DNA of 64,000 nucleotides from a bacterium (GTDB lineage Bacteria > RBG-13-61-14 > DATKZS01), in the NCBI GenBank assembly GCA_963674965.2, contig CAXXFL010000001.1, positions 1,120,001-1,184,000 of the forward strand, read 5' to 3'. Every line of letters starts with the position of its first letter. The stretch's first letter is position 1. Shown here one piece after another: positions 37,701 through 47,179 of the stretch. The notes under the pieces were generated by a model, which was not told where the DNA came from, did not search any database, and saw only the letters and a program-made list of their open reading frames with translations. The position numbers were made by a program, and so were the translations under genes.

Positions 37701-40700
37701 AAGATCGTCCGTGTCGCCGTCCTGCAGGGAGTCGCCAACAAGGATATTGATACAGGCGTGAGTATTCTCGTAGCCGTCCTCCATGTTGTCGCCGTCGGTG
37801 TCATCGTTGCAAGGGTTCGAGCCAAGGCCCATCTCGGTTATGTTGTCAAGATCGTCCGTGTCGCCGTCCTGCAGGGAGTCTCCAACAAGGATGTTGATAC
37901 AGGCGTAAGTGTTCTCGTAGCCGTCCTCCATGTTGTCGCCGTCGGTGTCGTCATTACACGGGTTCGAGCCAAGGCCGGCCTCCGTGACATTGGTCAACGA
38001 GTCGGTGTCGCCGTCAAGGAGAGAGTCGCCGACCAGAATATTTATACACGAGTACGCGTTCTCGTAGCCGTCTTCCATGTTGTCGCCGTCGGTGTCGTCA
38101 TTGCACGGGTTCGAGCCGAGACCCATCTCGGCTATGTTGGTCAACGAGTCGGTGTCGCCGTCCTGGAGGGAGTCCCCAACCAGGATGGAGATGCATGAAT
38201 TCGCGTACTCGTAGGCGTCGAGCATGTTGTCGCCGTCGGTGTCGTTATTGCAGGGGTTGCTCAGCAGCGAGTACTCGGTGGCGTTGGTCAGGGTGTCCGT
38301 GTCGTTGTCTCCGGAGGCGTCGTTAGCCAATGGATCGAGACCGCAGGACGAATAGGTAACCTCCCATCCGTCCTCCATTGTATCGTCGTCGCTGTCCGGG
38401 TCGCAGGGGTCGGTGCTGTTTCCGTGTTCCAAGATGTTCGTTAACTCGTCCTCGTCGGGATCACCGCTGGCGTCGTTGACGGTCGGGTTGAGGCAGGATG
38501 AATGATAGACCTCGTATGAATCGCTCATGAGGTCGTCATCCGAGTCCGCGTCGCAGGGGTCGGTCTCCCCCGGGTCCACCGTACCATCTCCGTCCTTGTC
38601 CTCACCCGCGCTGGTCCCGTCCAGCAGCGTGTCGTCGTCCGAGTCGTTGTCGTTGGGATCGAGACACGGCCTGGTGATGGTCTCGATATAATCGTTCAAT
38701 CCATCGTCATCCGAGTCGTCGTCGTCGGGATCGGTCGAGTAAGTAATGACCTCCTCTCCGTCCTTAAGTCCGTCATCGTCCGAGTCGTCGTCGTCGGGGT
38801 CGGTACCATAGGCGGTTTCGCTGGCCAGGCATAGCAGAGTCGACCCGTCGTAAAGCGAGGAGCCCGAGTCGCAAAGCATGTCCCGGTCCCGGTCGAAAAC
38901 TATGGTAGTGATCGCGCTCCGGAACCTTGGCACACCTTCATTGTCGCTGCCCTGTATGGTGATGGTGTTTTCGCCGTGAAACTCGGGCGAGGCGCCCTGG
39001 ACCGAGTACTCGAAGGTGTAATCGTTGCCCGTGTGACTGGTTTGCGTGGCCGTTTGTCCGGATAAGGTAACCGTGGGTCCATCGCTGACCGTGTTGCCGG
39101 AGGTGAAGCTTATTGAAATGGTATCGCCGGCGTACGCGACCGACGGCGAGGTCTGAAGGTCCTGGAAGTAACCCGCCGTATAGCCGGAATAATCGACCTC
39201 GCCATAACTTGCGTTGTCATGATGGTCATAAATCAAATCCTGTATTTCGGAATCCACAGTGGTGCCCCAATAATTACCCTGAGCCATAACGTCAAGCGTG
39301 GAAAGGTTCATAACAGAATATCCAGTCCCCAATTTAATGAACTCATTTCCGCCCGCGCTGCCGAATGCCCCGCCTCCAAAATCGGGCACCTCCGCGGGCG
39401 TTCCGGAATTTCGGATAGTGGCGTTATTACCCGAGAACAACACGTTATTCTCGAACTTGCCCGTGGAGTTTACTAAATTCATAACGTAGCCGTTCGTTCC
39501 AGTAAAATAGTTCTGCTTTACAACGGTACTGACCGGCGTGTTTCTCATATAAAGCGCGTTAGTGCCAAAGTATTTGACCTGACACAAATTAAGATTAAGC
39601 GCTGACGGGATATACGCGTAAACGCCATAGGTCGCGTAGTCGACTATTATTCTTTCCAGCGTAAGCTGTCCGCTTGAATTTACCCTGATACCGCTCCAAT
39701 CGCCGGGAGCGGGAGTGGTTTCAGCCGAGGTCATTTCGATGTAATTTCCCTGTTGTCCTCTCGCTTCCAGCTTTCCGTTGCATATAACGCCAATATCCGG
39801 GGCGAAGGACAGCTTGGAGCCGGGAAGGCTGATCATAACGGACCCTCCGGCGTTGATCTGCACTCCCGTTTCAAAGAGGTAATCGCCGGCCTGGTTCCAG
39901 GTTTGGACGTTGGTTATGGCAACGACCGACTCGCCGGCGGCCCTTATCTCCTGGGCCAGGCATCCGGAGAGGGAGTTGCCCGAAAGGTAGCCCAGGAATT
40001 GGGGAGCCACGCCATTAATCACGTGCTGTCCGCTCGCGCCCTGTATCGAGTTTCCCGTAATGGCCTTCAGCGTCGATCCCTCGACGTCAAGGGCGTTGTT
40101 GGTCTCGCCGGCCGACGTTGTCAGCGCGTTGTTTGTAAAAGTAACGGAACTGGAATCGAGCAGGGCAACCCTGGACTCGGTAAGAGAGCAGCCGGAAATC
40201 TCGGCCGGTCCCATGCCGTCGGTCCCTCCATCGGCGAGGATAGGGCCGCCGTCCCATTTCGCGTTTTTAATCGCAAGGCTTCCCGTGGTTGCGGGGGTGA
40301 GATTCACGCCGCCCCACGAGGCGCCGACCCCGGAAATATTTATTCTAGATACGGCTGATCCGGACAGATCGAGTGAGCCTTCCCCGGAAAAATTGGCGCC
40401 GCCGGCGAATTTTACGGTAGCGCCCGGCAGATAGGCCGTAACCTTGCCGCCGGCGTCGATGCACACGGTGCAGCCAATGAGATAGGAGGCGATTTGAGAC
40501 CAGGTAGCCGAGCCCGCTATGCATTGCGGCGCGCCCGGCGAATCGACGAACAGGTCATAGCTTCCGGACCCCGAAAGTGCGTTTCCGCTTATGGCGCCAA
40601 CTCCTTTTGGGGCCACGTTGTTAATCAGGTATTCGTTGCCCGTTCCCGCGATGGAGTTGCTCGATATGGCCAGAACGGTGGACCCCTCGAGATCGAGGGG

Positions 40701-43700
40701 AGACTCGGAGGCTGAAGAGGGTCCGTCCACGCTGTTACCCGAGAAGGTCACGGCGTTCGAGTCCTTTAAGGCGACCCTGGCGCCGTCGAGCCATGAATTG
40801 GTGATGGACGACGAGGCCATGTTCGCTCCCGAACTGGATACCAGGACCGGCGCGGGTCCGACCACCACGTGGTTCAAGGAGAAAGTCCTGCCCGCTCCCG
40901 AGTTCATGGCAAGGCCGTCCCAAGTGTAGGGCGAGACGGGACCGCGCAGGATCATGCGGTTTGCCGTGTTGCCGGCAAGAGCGAAGCTTCCGCCATTTAC
41001 GGTAATATCGCTTCCGGCGTTCATGGTCCACTTGGTTCCGGGGCCGGTAAAGGACATACTTCCAGTGGGTCCCACGCAGACGTCCGAGGCGATTATCATG
41101 GTGGCGTTGGACTGGGAGCCGTTTTGCGAGTCGCTGGCGCATACCAGGGCGTCGGAGTAAACGTAGAACTCGGCGGTGGTGAATCCGGTGATGGTATTGT
41201 TCGTAATATGCCCGAGGCTCTGCGGTGGGTATCCGGTCACCGCGTAGGTCCCGCCCCCGCCGGCTATGGAGTTATTGTCGAAGGAGGTAACCGTGCTGCC
41301 CGTAAGATTAATGGCCGGGGTCGCCCCGGACAGGGCGTCGACGGAGTTGGCGTCGAAAGTCACGGCGGCAACGTCCGTAAGGTCAAGCACCAGACCCGTT
41401 AGAGCGCTGTTCGTAATATCGGCGGTGGCAAGATTGCCTGAAGCGCTTGTGGTTATTGGTCCGTTCAGCCAATCCACGTAATCGAGGCTAAAGTCGGCTC
41501 CGGTGGAGCTCATGTCAATGCCGTCCCATGTACCGGATGATGGTGGCACGGCGTCAGGATAAAAGGCAATCTCGGCGCCGGAGTCGGCGTCAACCGCGAA
41601 TGACCCCGCGCAACTTATGCCCAGGCCGGCGCCAAAGGCAAAGGTTGATCCGGTAGCTGTGACGGTAACGTCGCCCGAGGCGTCAATGCAGAGGTCCTGC
41701 TTGACCTGGTAAAGAATATTCTTGTCTCCCCAGTTCTGTACGCCCGTCGCGCAGGGAGGAGAAGACGATTGGTCGTCCACCTCGACCTGCGCTATCAATC
41801 CTCCGTCGTAGGTGTTACCTGACAAGGCTCCAAGATAAGCTCCCGGATACTTGGCCAGGATGTAATCAACGGAACCCGTCCCCGTGAAGACGTTGTTTTT
41901 CATTGAGGAAATCGCCACGTCGCCAAGAAGGTATACCACCGATCCATAAGACAGATAGGGATTGATGGTGACCGAGCTGCCGTCAATCGCAAAATCATCG
42001 ACGTTCATGGACTCGAAATCCATGTAATACATTCGCGAGTTGGTCATGGAGAAGGAATTGACCGGCTCGGCCCCAATTCCAACCACCGCCATATAGCCGT
42101 ATTCAATCCTGGCGGCGTCAATGTCAACCGTACCCCCCGCGGTACTGATCATGAGAAAAGCCGCGAAGTAACCAGATGAGGGGTCCGCCGCGTCGTTGGT
42201 AATCAGAATAGGGTCGGCGGTGGTGCCGTCAACGATAATGCTTCCTCCATTGCTCCGGAATTGGCCGTTTCCTTGACTTAAATAATAATTGGACCCGGCG
42301 CCGTTGATGGTGAGCTTTCCAGACTGAGCGACGAAAGCCTGGGCGTCCAAGTGGAAATCGGCTACCTGGCTCCAGGTCACGTCGCCCAATATCGAGTCGC
42401 CCGGGGCAATGTATACATCGGCGGTCAAGGCGCCGCTGAACTCGTTATTGGCAAGTCCTCCGGCGCCGACGGGAGTGATTCCATAAATAAGGTAATTATT
42501 GGATTCTCCCGTAAACGCGTTTCCATTAATGGATGTGATCGTATCGCTGGTCAACGTCAGCGGATAGACGGCGGCGCCGGACTGACAGTCCACGCTGTTG
42601 CCGTCGAAGGAAAAATCGTCGATCGACGACCCGGCGATGGTCAATTCCGTAAACCAGGAGTTGGAAATAGCCGACTTGCCCAGTCTTGAGGCCCCTCCCA
42701 CAATGTCGATGTCTCCATAGCTCCATCTTACGTTATCCAGGGAAATCTCGTCCGAGGACCCGCCGCTGGCAATAAGGCCAGGCCACGCGTCATGGCCCGT
42801 GCCGATAAGAGGTTTGAAGGTGATGGGGGAAGCCGTGGTACCGTCCACGATGAAGGAACCGTCAACGTCAATATTGATGCCCGTGTCGAACTCGAACACG
42901 GCGCCCGGAGCGGCGATGGTGATCGATCCCGAGTTGACAACGCAGATATCGTCTCGAACGTGATACACGGCGGCCTGGGACCAGGTGGTGGTCGAGGAAA
43001 CGCACTCGGGATATACGGTGTCCTCAAGTTCTATGTCCCTGGTGTACGTACAGTCGAGGGTGTTCCCGGAAAACGCGCCCACTAGCGAAGGATCCAGGTT
43101 TATAATGCAATAAGTGGTTGTGTCGGTCATGGTATTGTTTCTGAAGGAACTGACGGAACTGCCGAAAAGGTTGACCACAACGCCGTTATTGGTCGGGCTT
43201 TCCATGGAATTATCATTGAAGCTGAAATAGGTAGCGTCCTCGATTTCAGCGTGAGAGCCATAGAACTCGCAGTTGGAAACGCTCATAGAGGGAACGCGTG
43301 AGGGGCTGGACGTCTCGATCCTGGCGTATTCGACTCGGCAATAGGAGAGAGTGGCCGTGGCGTCGGCTCCGCTGGCGATAATCCCTCCCCACGCGTCGAG
43401 GCCGGGGGTCCCGCTCGTCGTGGTGAAGGTTATCAGGTTGCCCTGGCTTCCCTCCGCCTCGAGCGTGCCCTCGATGACGAGGGCGGTAATCGACCCGGTG
43501 AAGGCGACCGTGGTGCCTCCACTTATTACCAGGGTATCCAAATTTTGGATTATTATATCATCCGTGACGACGTACTCGTTGGTGGTCGAGTTATAGCTGA
43601 CGGAAGAAGTCAGGGCGGCGATATCAGACATATCGTAGGTGGTGCCGTTATTTGCGCTCGACCAGGCGCCAAGCGAAACGCCGGCAGGAAGAATAACCAT

Positions 43701-43742
43701 GGCCAGTGCCAACGGAATTGCGTACCATAATGCCTTCCTCAT
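34785..43742 (-). CDS. Giant (2985 aa) secreted/surface protein: beta-helix modules, thrombospondin type 3-like Ca-binding repeats, dockerin-like C-terminus
   Basis: Signal peptide; seven G....I.F....W.GI beta-helix modules; many DTDGDG/D.D.DGL.D..E motifs; paired SPLDL motifs near the C-terminus. Confidence 0.88.
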   Translation of the reverse strand: MRKALWYAIPLALAMVILPAGVSLGAWSSANNGTTYDMSDIAALTSSVSYNSTTNEYVVTDDIIIQNLDTLVISGGTTVAFTGSITALVIEGTLEAEGSQGNLITFTTTSGTPGLDAWGGIIASGADATATLSYCRVEYARIETSSPSRVPSMSVSNCEFYGSHAEIEDATYFSFNDNSMESPTNNGVVVNLFGSSVSSFRNNTMTDTTTYCIINLDPSLVGAFSGNTLDCTYTRDIELEDTVYPECVSSTTTWSQAAVYHVRDDICVVNSGSITIAAPGAVFEFDTGINIDVDGSFIVDGTTASPITFKPLIGTGHDAWPGLIASGGSSDEISLDNVRWSYGDIDIVGGASRLGKSAISNSWFTELTIAGSSIDDFSFDGNSVDCQSGAAVYPLTLTSDTITSINGNAFTGESNNYLIYGITPVGAGGLANNEFSGALTADVYIAPGDSILGDVTWSQVADFHLDAQAFVAQSGKLTINGAGSNYYLSQGNGQFRSNGGSIIVDGTTADPILITNDAADPSSGYFAAFLMISTAGGTVDIDAARIEYGYMAVVGIGAEPVNSFSMTNSRMYYMDFESMNVDDFAIDGSSVTINPYLSYGSVVYLLGDVAISSMKNNVFTGTGSVDYILAKYPGAYLGALSGNTYDGGLIAQVEVDDQSSSPPCATGVQNWGDKNILYQVKQDLCIDASGDVTVTATGSTFAFGAGLGISCAGSFAVDADSGAEIAFYPDAVPPSSGTWDGIDMSSTGADFSLDYVDWLNGPITTSASGNLATADITNSALTGLVLDLTDVAAVTFDANSVDALSGATPAINLTGSTVTSFDNNSIAGGGGTYAVTGYPPQSLGHITNNTITGFTTAEFYVYSDALVCASDSQNGSQSNATMIIASDVCVGPTGSMSFTGPGTKWTMNAGSDITVNGGSFALAGNTANRMILRGPVSPYTWDGLAMNSGAGRTFSLNHVVVGPAPVLVSSSGANMASSSITNSWLDGARVALKDSNAVTFSGNSVDGPSSASESPLDLEGSTVLAISSNSIAGTGNEYLINNVAPKGVGAISGNALSGSGSYDLFVDSPGAPQCIAGSATWSQIASYLIGCTVCIDAGGKVTAYLPGATVKFAGGANFSGEGSLDLSGSAVSRINISGVGASWGGVNLTPATTGSLAIKNAKWDGGPILADGGTDGMGPAEISGCSLTESRVALLDSSSVTFTNNALTTSAGETNNALDVEGSTLKAITGNSIQGASGQHVINGVAPQFLGYLSGNSLSGCLAQEIRAAGESVVAITNVQTWNQAGDYLFETGVQINAGGSVMISLPGSKLSFAPDIGVICNGKLEARGQQGNYIEMTSAETTPAPGDWSGIRVNSSGQLTLERIIVDYATYGVYAYIPSALNLNLCQVKYFGTNALYMRNTPVSTVVKQNYFTGTNGYVMNLVNSTGKFENNVLFSGNNATIRNSGTPAEVPDFGGGAFGSAGGNEFIKLGTGYSVMNLSTLDVMAQGNYWGTTVDSEIQDLIYDHHDNASYGEVDYSGYTAGYFQDLQTSPSVAYAGDTISISFTSGNTVSDGPTVTLSGQTATQTSHTGNDYTFEYSVQGASPEFHGENTITIQGSDNEGVPRFRSAITTIVFDRDRDMLCDSGSSLYDGSTLLCLASETAYGTDPDDDDSDDDGLKDGEEVITYSTDPDDDDSDDDGLNDYIETITRPCLDPNDNDSDDDTLLDGTSAGEDKDGDGTVDPGETDPCDADSDDDLMSDSYEVYHSSCLNPTVNDASGDPDEDELTNILEHGNSTDPCDPDSDDDTMEDGWEVTYSSCGLDPLANDASGDNDTDTLTNATEYSLLSNPCNNDTDGDNMLDAYEYANSCISILVGDSLQDGDTDSLTNIAEMGLGSNPCNDDTDGDNMEDGYENAYSCINILVGDSLLDGDTDSLTNVTEAGLGSNPCNDDTDGDNMEDGYENTYACINILVGDSLQDGDTDDLDNITEMGLGSNPCNDDTDGDNMEDGYENTHACINILVGDSLQDGDTDDLDNITEMGLGSNPCNDDTDGDNMEDGYEYDYACINILVGDSLQDGDTDDLDNITEMGLGSNPCNDDTDGDNMEDGYEYDYACINILVGDSLQDGDTDDLNNITEMGLGSNPCNDDTDGDNMEDGYENTYACINILVGDSLQDGDTDDLDNITEAGLGSNPCNDDTDGDNMEDGYEYDYACINILVGDSLQDGDTDDLNNITEMGLGSNPCNDDTDGDNMEDGYENTYACINILVGDSLQDGDTDDLDNITEAGLGSNPCNEDTDGDDMEDGYENSYACINILVGDSLLDGDADGLTNLTEHGLGSNPCDEDTDGDGMDDYYENGYACVNIAAGDSADDYDRDSRRNITEYKDGTDPCVADDGEIAAYSGSYGAPYCQAGVGPCIVTSDIIQSRDNITGGSEPNQPNTLTVSSCADGSVGSYWSDESLEAFIVEPLTGDTFFPGSTVQVKARVFCNAAEYTKDVAYIYHSPSASSPSWTRVGTMNCTVAGGLETLSISFNLAMTGGEQALRVSFGRSTPATACNSNTLTDRDDLVLKVVSLDLDGDGLMDDVEDAWCTDSSDPDTDGDGLCDGDTAVYDGATLLCEAGEDMDLSGSWESGVETDPCSADTDGDTLGDGDEAPLYGTNPILADSDLDGIRDWIEAVKVSCLDALVDDSDSDGLIDGTSLGEDKNGNGVVDAGESSPCDTDSDDDGVDDGDEVNTYSTNPAYWDTDGDGLPDKFEIDNLSGHALNLDPNYSADGLLDFDSDTNPNVHEYWNGTEVWVTSLVGGTGCYCWGDSGNTLSADGLVSPLDLPALKNRIGLKSASYTGVIPPNGDSQELDMDEITSPLDLNILVAMATLSSTSGNPSIPVDLEVVGDATVTVETGMTTRITVGVLNNKPNYTAAMDVVFEINGDSSTGTATVFGGEGADQTGRYDVSGPIASGGRSTVVIRVDTPGTIYVRGRIVGCGTGGKGRFANPIVRDKLVLITGQ
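36642..38258 (-). repeat. Intragenic tandem repeat, 11 x 147 bp (49 aa)
   Basis: Unit NPCNDDTDGDNMEDGYE(NT/YD)YACINILVGDSLQDGDTDDL(D/N)NITE(M/A)GLGS counted in the translation. Confidence 0.95.
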
Positions 43743-43927
43743 AATACAGTCCCCTCTCCTTGCGATCTGGTTAAAAGAATTGGAATAATAACGTGACGCG
43801 GACCCATGTAACCAAAAAGAATATAGCCAATAGCCAAAATATTGTCAATCACGACAAGCGCGACAATTAACCGGGAAATTTGATAGGACCCGATATTTCC
43901 ACTAACCTGATGGGCGGAGGTTAAATC

Positions 43928-44539
43928 ATGGCCACGAGGATTCTGCTTGTCAGACACGGTGAAACTAAATTCAACGACGAGAGGCGATGCCAGGGATTTA
44001 CCGACGTGCCCCTTAACGAAAGGGGCGTTGCGCAGGCGGTGAATCTTGCCGAAGCTCTCAAGAAGGAAAGAATAGACGCCATTATTTCCTCCGATCTTGT
44101 GCGGGCGAAAAAGACCGCCGAGCACGTGGCGGTTCATCATGGCTTGTCCGTTCAACTCGACGCCAGACTCAGGGAACTCAACCAGGGATCGCTGGAAGGG
44201 AAAAACCTTGACGGGCTTCTTTCCGACCACCCTGAACTCCTGAAGAACTGGATGGACCGTCCGGCCGACGTGGAAATGCCCGGCGGCGAATCCATGAGGG
44301 CCCTTCAGGCAAGGGCCTGGAGAGCCGTCGAGGACGTCCTCGAAGCTTTCCCCGATAAAACGGTGGTTATTGTCGCTCATAACCTGTGTATAATGTCCAT
44401 AGTCTGCCTGGCCATCGGCCTTGATCTTAACAATTTCAGGAGACTGAAAATAGGCACGGCGTCTATATCTGAAATCCGTTTCTCGAACGGGGGACCGACC
44501 CTTATAAAAATAAACGATTCTCATCATATCGACCGATAA
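43928..44539 (+). CDS. Histidine phosphatase family (PGM/CobC-like)
   Basis: LVRHGET..N...CQG..D.PLN.RG, SSDL.RA..TA, ELNQG..EG, PGGES and VAHN motifs. Confidence 0.92.
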   Translation: MATRILLVRHGETKFNDERRCQGFTDVPLNERGVAQAVNLAEALKKERIDAIISSDLVRAKKTAEHVAVHHGLSVQLDARLRELNQGSLEGKNLDGLLSDHPELLKNWMDRPADVEMPGGESMRALQARAWRAVEDVLEAFPDKTVVIVAHNLCIMSIVCLAIGLDLNNFRRLKIGTASISEIRFSNGGPTLIKINDSHHIDR

Positions 44540-44878
44540 AGATAAAGCCAAAATGACCGAGGAAAAGTAAGCTTTCCTCTCATCCCCCCATTTCGATGAT
44601 TGTTAAACATTCACAGATTCATTTTTTATCAGGTTTTGGCAGGCCAGACCCGAATTGGGAATTTCTTGAATTTGGCAATTTTTATTTCATCTTTGATATA
44701 TAAATTTAGCCTTATCCCTATGACTCCCATATAAGCCTTTTTTTCCCTTTTCTTATTGATGGTTTAGAGAACCGCATTTTTCGGCAGCGATTTTGCTTTA
44801 TTCCTTTCGAGGTATTTGCCGTCTATTTCCATTTGCGCAAACCCACGTCATGTACAATCGGCGGCAACCTGGACAAAA

Positions 44879-46570
44879 ATGACTAAGTACATCGGCATAG
44901 ACCTGGGAACTTCCACCACTTGCCTTTCGGTAGTTGAAAAAGGCGAGTCTCTCATAATCCCTGGACCAAGCGGGGAAAAAGTCATCCCTAGCTACGTCTA
45001 CCTCCGCGAGGATGGCAAATTCCTCATCGGGGAGCCGGCTAAAGCCGAGTGCATAGCCGATCCTTATAACACTATTTGGGCCACCAAACGGCTGATCGGA
45101 CGAAAATTCAATGACCCTTTTGTTCAATACAGCCTTAAAAGATTGCCCTACAAGATATCCGAGTCTAAACATGATGGGGTACAGATTCATGGACGGGACA
45201 AGACTTACCCGCCGGAATGGTTCGCCTCCTTAATACTTAAATCCGTGGTTCATCACGCCTCGACTTATCTTTCCGAGCCCGTTAAAAAGGCAGTTATCAC
45301 CGTCCCCGGCACTTTTAACAAGTTCCAGCGCGAGGCCACGCAAAAGTCAGCGGAAAAAATTGGTCTTGAGGTACTCAGACTCGTTAACGAACCCACGGCC
45401 GCCGCCGTGTCATGGGGGTTCCATAAAAAGACCGGACAGACGGTTGCCGTGTTCGACCTTGGAGGAGGTACATTCGACGCTTTCATTATTCGGATAGGAG
45501 AAGGTAATTACAAACTCCTGGCCGCAAGGGGCGAACCCTGGCTGGGCGGAGAGGATTTCGACAACGTTTTGGTTGAAAAAGTAGCTTCCGCCTTTAAAAA
45601 GCAATATAAAATAAATATTTATACCGACAAGATCGCCCATCAAAGACTCAAAACGGCGGCGGAAAAAGCCAAGATGGAGCTTAGCGAGAATGACGAGGCA
45701 CTAATCTATATTCCTTCCATCTGCCCCGATATCAGCAGAGTAGCCGACGTCAACTATAAGGTCGGCCGAGCCGAGTTTGATGGACTGATTGAAAAGCTCG
45801 TGGATCGAACCATCCAGATTTTTCATCGCGCCGTTCAAGACGCCGGCTTATCTCTGGACGATCTTGACAACGTCCTTATGGTTGGCGGGATGACGCGGGT
45901 CCCTCTGGTTAGAGAAAAGATGCGCCGCCTGATTGGCCGCGAACCCAATTGTACGATCGATCCCGACGAGGCGGTCGCAAGAGGGGCCGCGATAATCGCC
46001 TCCGGTCTTTCGGGAAATCCGGTTAAGCTCAGCCCCCCAGCCTCTACCAAGCCGGCGGACGAATACCTGAGTGGTGACGTTGATATCCACGCCATGTACG
46101 CCGAGGCCATCACCAGAAGTCATGACCCTTCGTCGCCCGACCAGGATTTTTCTTCTCATCAGCCAGATGTCCTTCCCGACGGTGGGATCGATACACCAAA
46201 TCTAAGCGGAGCGCAAAACTCCTCTAACGCGGAGCAGGCTCCGGGAGCTCAACTTCTCCTCGAAGTTTTATCGCAGTCAATCAAGATTGAGGACCTCGCC
46301 AAAATACTCGCGCCCACGGCGGGTAACGGAAACGGTAACTGGAGAACGGGAGGCTTCACCTTGAAGGCAAGCCTGAGAGAAGGCGTCAGAATCAAGGTCT
46401 ACCACAACGCGAATGGAAACGGGCGGCGCGTGATGCTCGGAGAGTTCGTTATCCAAAGCTACAAAGCCACCGAGCATTCCTCACCCGAGATAAAGGTATA
46501 CTTCAGCGTCGACAAAAAAGCGCCTTTCGCCGTCAACGCGCCCATATTAAGCGCGGGCATAAGCAAATAA
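44879..46570 (+). CDS. Atypical Hsp70 (DnaK-like ATPase domain, degenerate substrate-binding domain)
   Basis: IGIDLGTS, AVITVP, NEPTAAA, FDLGGGTFD, LGGEDFD, VGGMTRVP and PDEAVARGAA motifs; low-complexity insert after the ATPase domain. Confidence 0.9.
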   Translation: MTKYIGIDLGTSTTCLSVVEKGESLIIPGPSGEKVIPSYVYLREDGKFLIGEPAKAECIADPYNTIWATKRLIGRKFNDPFVQYSLKRLPYKISESKHDGVQIHGRDKTYPPEWFASLILKSVVHHASTYLSEPVKKAVITVPGTFNKFQREATQKSAEKIGLEVLRLVNEPTAAAVSWGFHKKTGQTVAVFDLGGGTFDAFIIRIGEGNYKLLAARGEPWLGGEDFDNVLVEKVASAFKKQYKINIYTDKIAHQRLKTAAEKAKMELSENDEALIYIPSICPDISRVADVNYKVGRAEFDGLIEKLVDRTIQIFHRAVQDAGLSLDDLDNVLMVGGMTRVPLVREKMRRLIGREPNCTIDPDEAVARGAAIIASGLSGNPVKLSPPASTKPADEYLSGDVDIHAMYAEAITRSHDPSSPDQDFSSHQPDVLPDGGIDTPNLSGAQNSSNAEQAPGAQLLLEVLSQSIKIEDLAKILAPTAGNGNGNWRTGGFTLKASLREGVRIKVYHNANGNGRRVMLGEFVIQSYKATEHSSPEIKVYFSVDKKAPFAVNAPILSAGISK

Positions 46571-46869
46571 CGTTTCATTTTTGAAAAAAATCTTTTGATG
46601 TTAGGTACTGTCCTCGGAAATGAAATCTCGATAGTGTAAAAATATTTGGCGCCAGGGAAAATTCATTTTTATTATTTTTACGCCCCGCAAACAATCTTAA
46701 TTCCAAGTTATTGAAAATATTGCTTATTATTTTATCGAGAGAAATCCGCCATAGGGTACGCAAATTGCTTAAACAACTATTATATGGCATGACTGATGAA
46801 AGGAAAGCACATAAACCCTGACATGTATTACATTGCGTCAATTTGCGTCTTTTTTGAAAGGAAAAAGAT

Positions 46870-47037
46870 ATGAGCGCTAGCAGGAAGAATCGTGAAAGTT
46901 ATGGTTCCGAAACGACTAGTGAAATAATTCTTAACGTATTAAAAAGAGAATTCGACAAAACGCCCGAAAAAGACCTCAAGGTCATCGCGCTACGGATTCA
47001 GAAACGACGTCCGCCCCAGACGTCGGCCACAATATAA
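46870..47037 (+). CDS. Small hypothetical protein (55 aa)
   Basis: AAAGGA RBS, ATG, MSASRKNRESYGSETTSEIILNVLKREFDKTPEKDLKVIALRIQKRRPPQTSATI*, followed by a hairpin. Confidence 0.45.
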   Translation: MSASRKNRESYGSETTSEIILNVLKREFDKTPEKDLKVIALRIQKRRPPQTSATI

Positions 47038-47072
47038 GTCCCTCCTATTTTCCCGCCAAGGCTACCCCGCCC

Positions 47073-47112
47073 GATGGTAAGGCCCCTGATAGGGGTCTTA
47101 CCATTTGTATTT
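47073..47112 (+). terminator. Terminator-like hairpin
   Basis: ATGGTAAGGCCCCT-GAT-AGGGGTCTTACCAT-TTGTATTT. Confidence 0.6.
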
Positions 47113-47179
47113 AAACAATAAAATAAATTTATCTTGTGCGGGGCCACGCTTTTTGATAACATCCGGGAAGGAGGACCAA

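Noticed and set aside
36300-38198. 632-aa plus-strand ORF and other long antisense ORFs (2466-3653, 10868-12604, 19013-20281, 43739-44551, 56288-57508)
   Set aside because: Shadow frames of well-supported genes, caused by high-GC codon bias; they have no motifs of their own.
36642-38258. Tandem array as a CRISPR or ncRNA array
   Set aside because: The units are 147 bp, in frame, lack unique spacers and vary mostly at synonymous sites; no cas genes are present.
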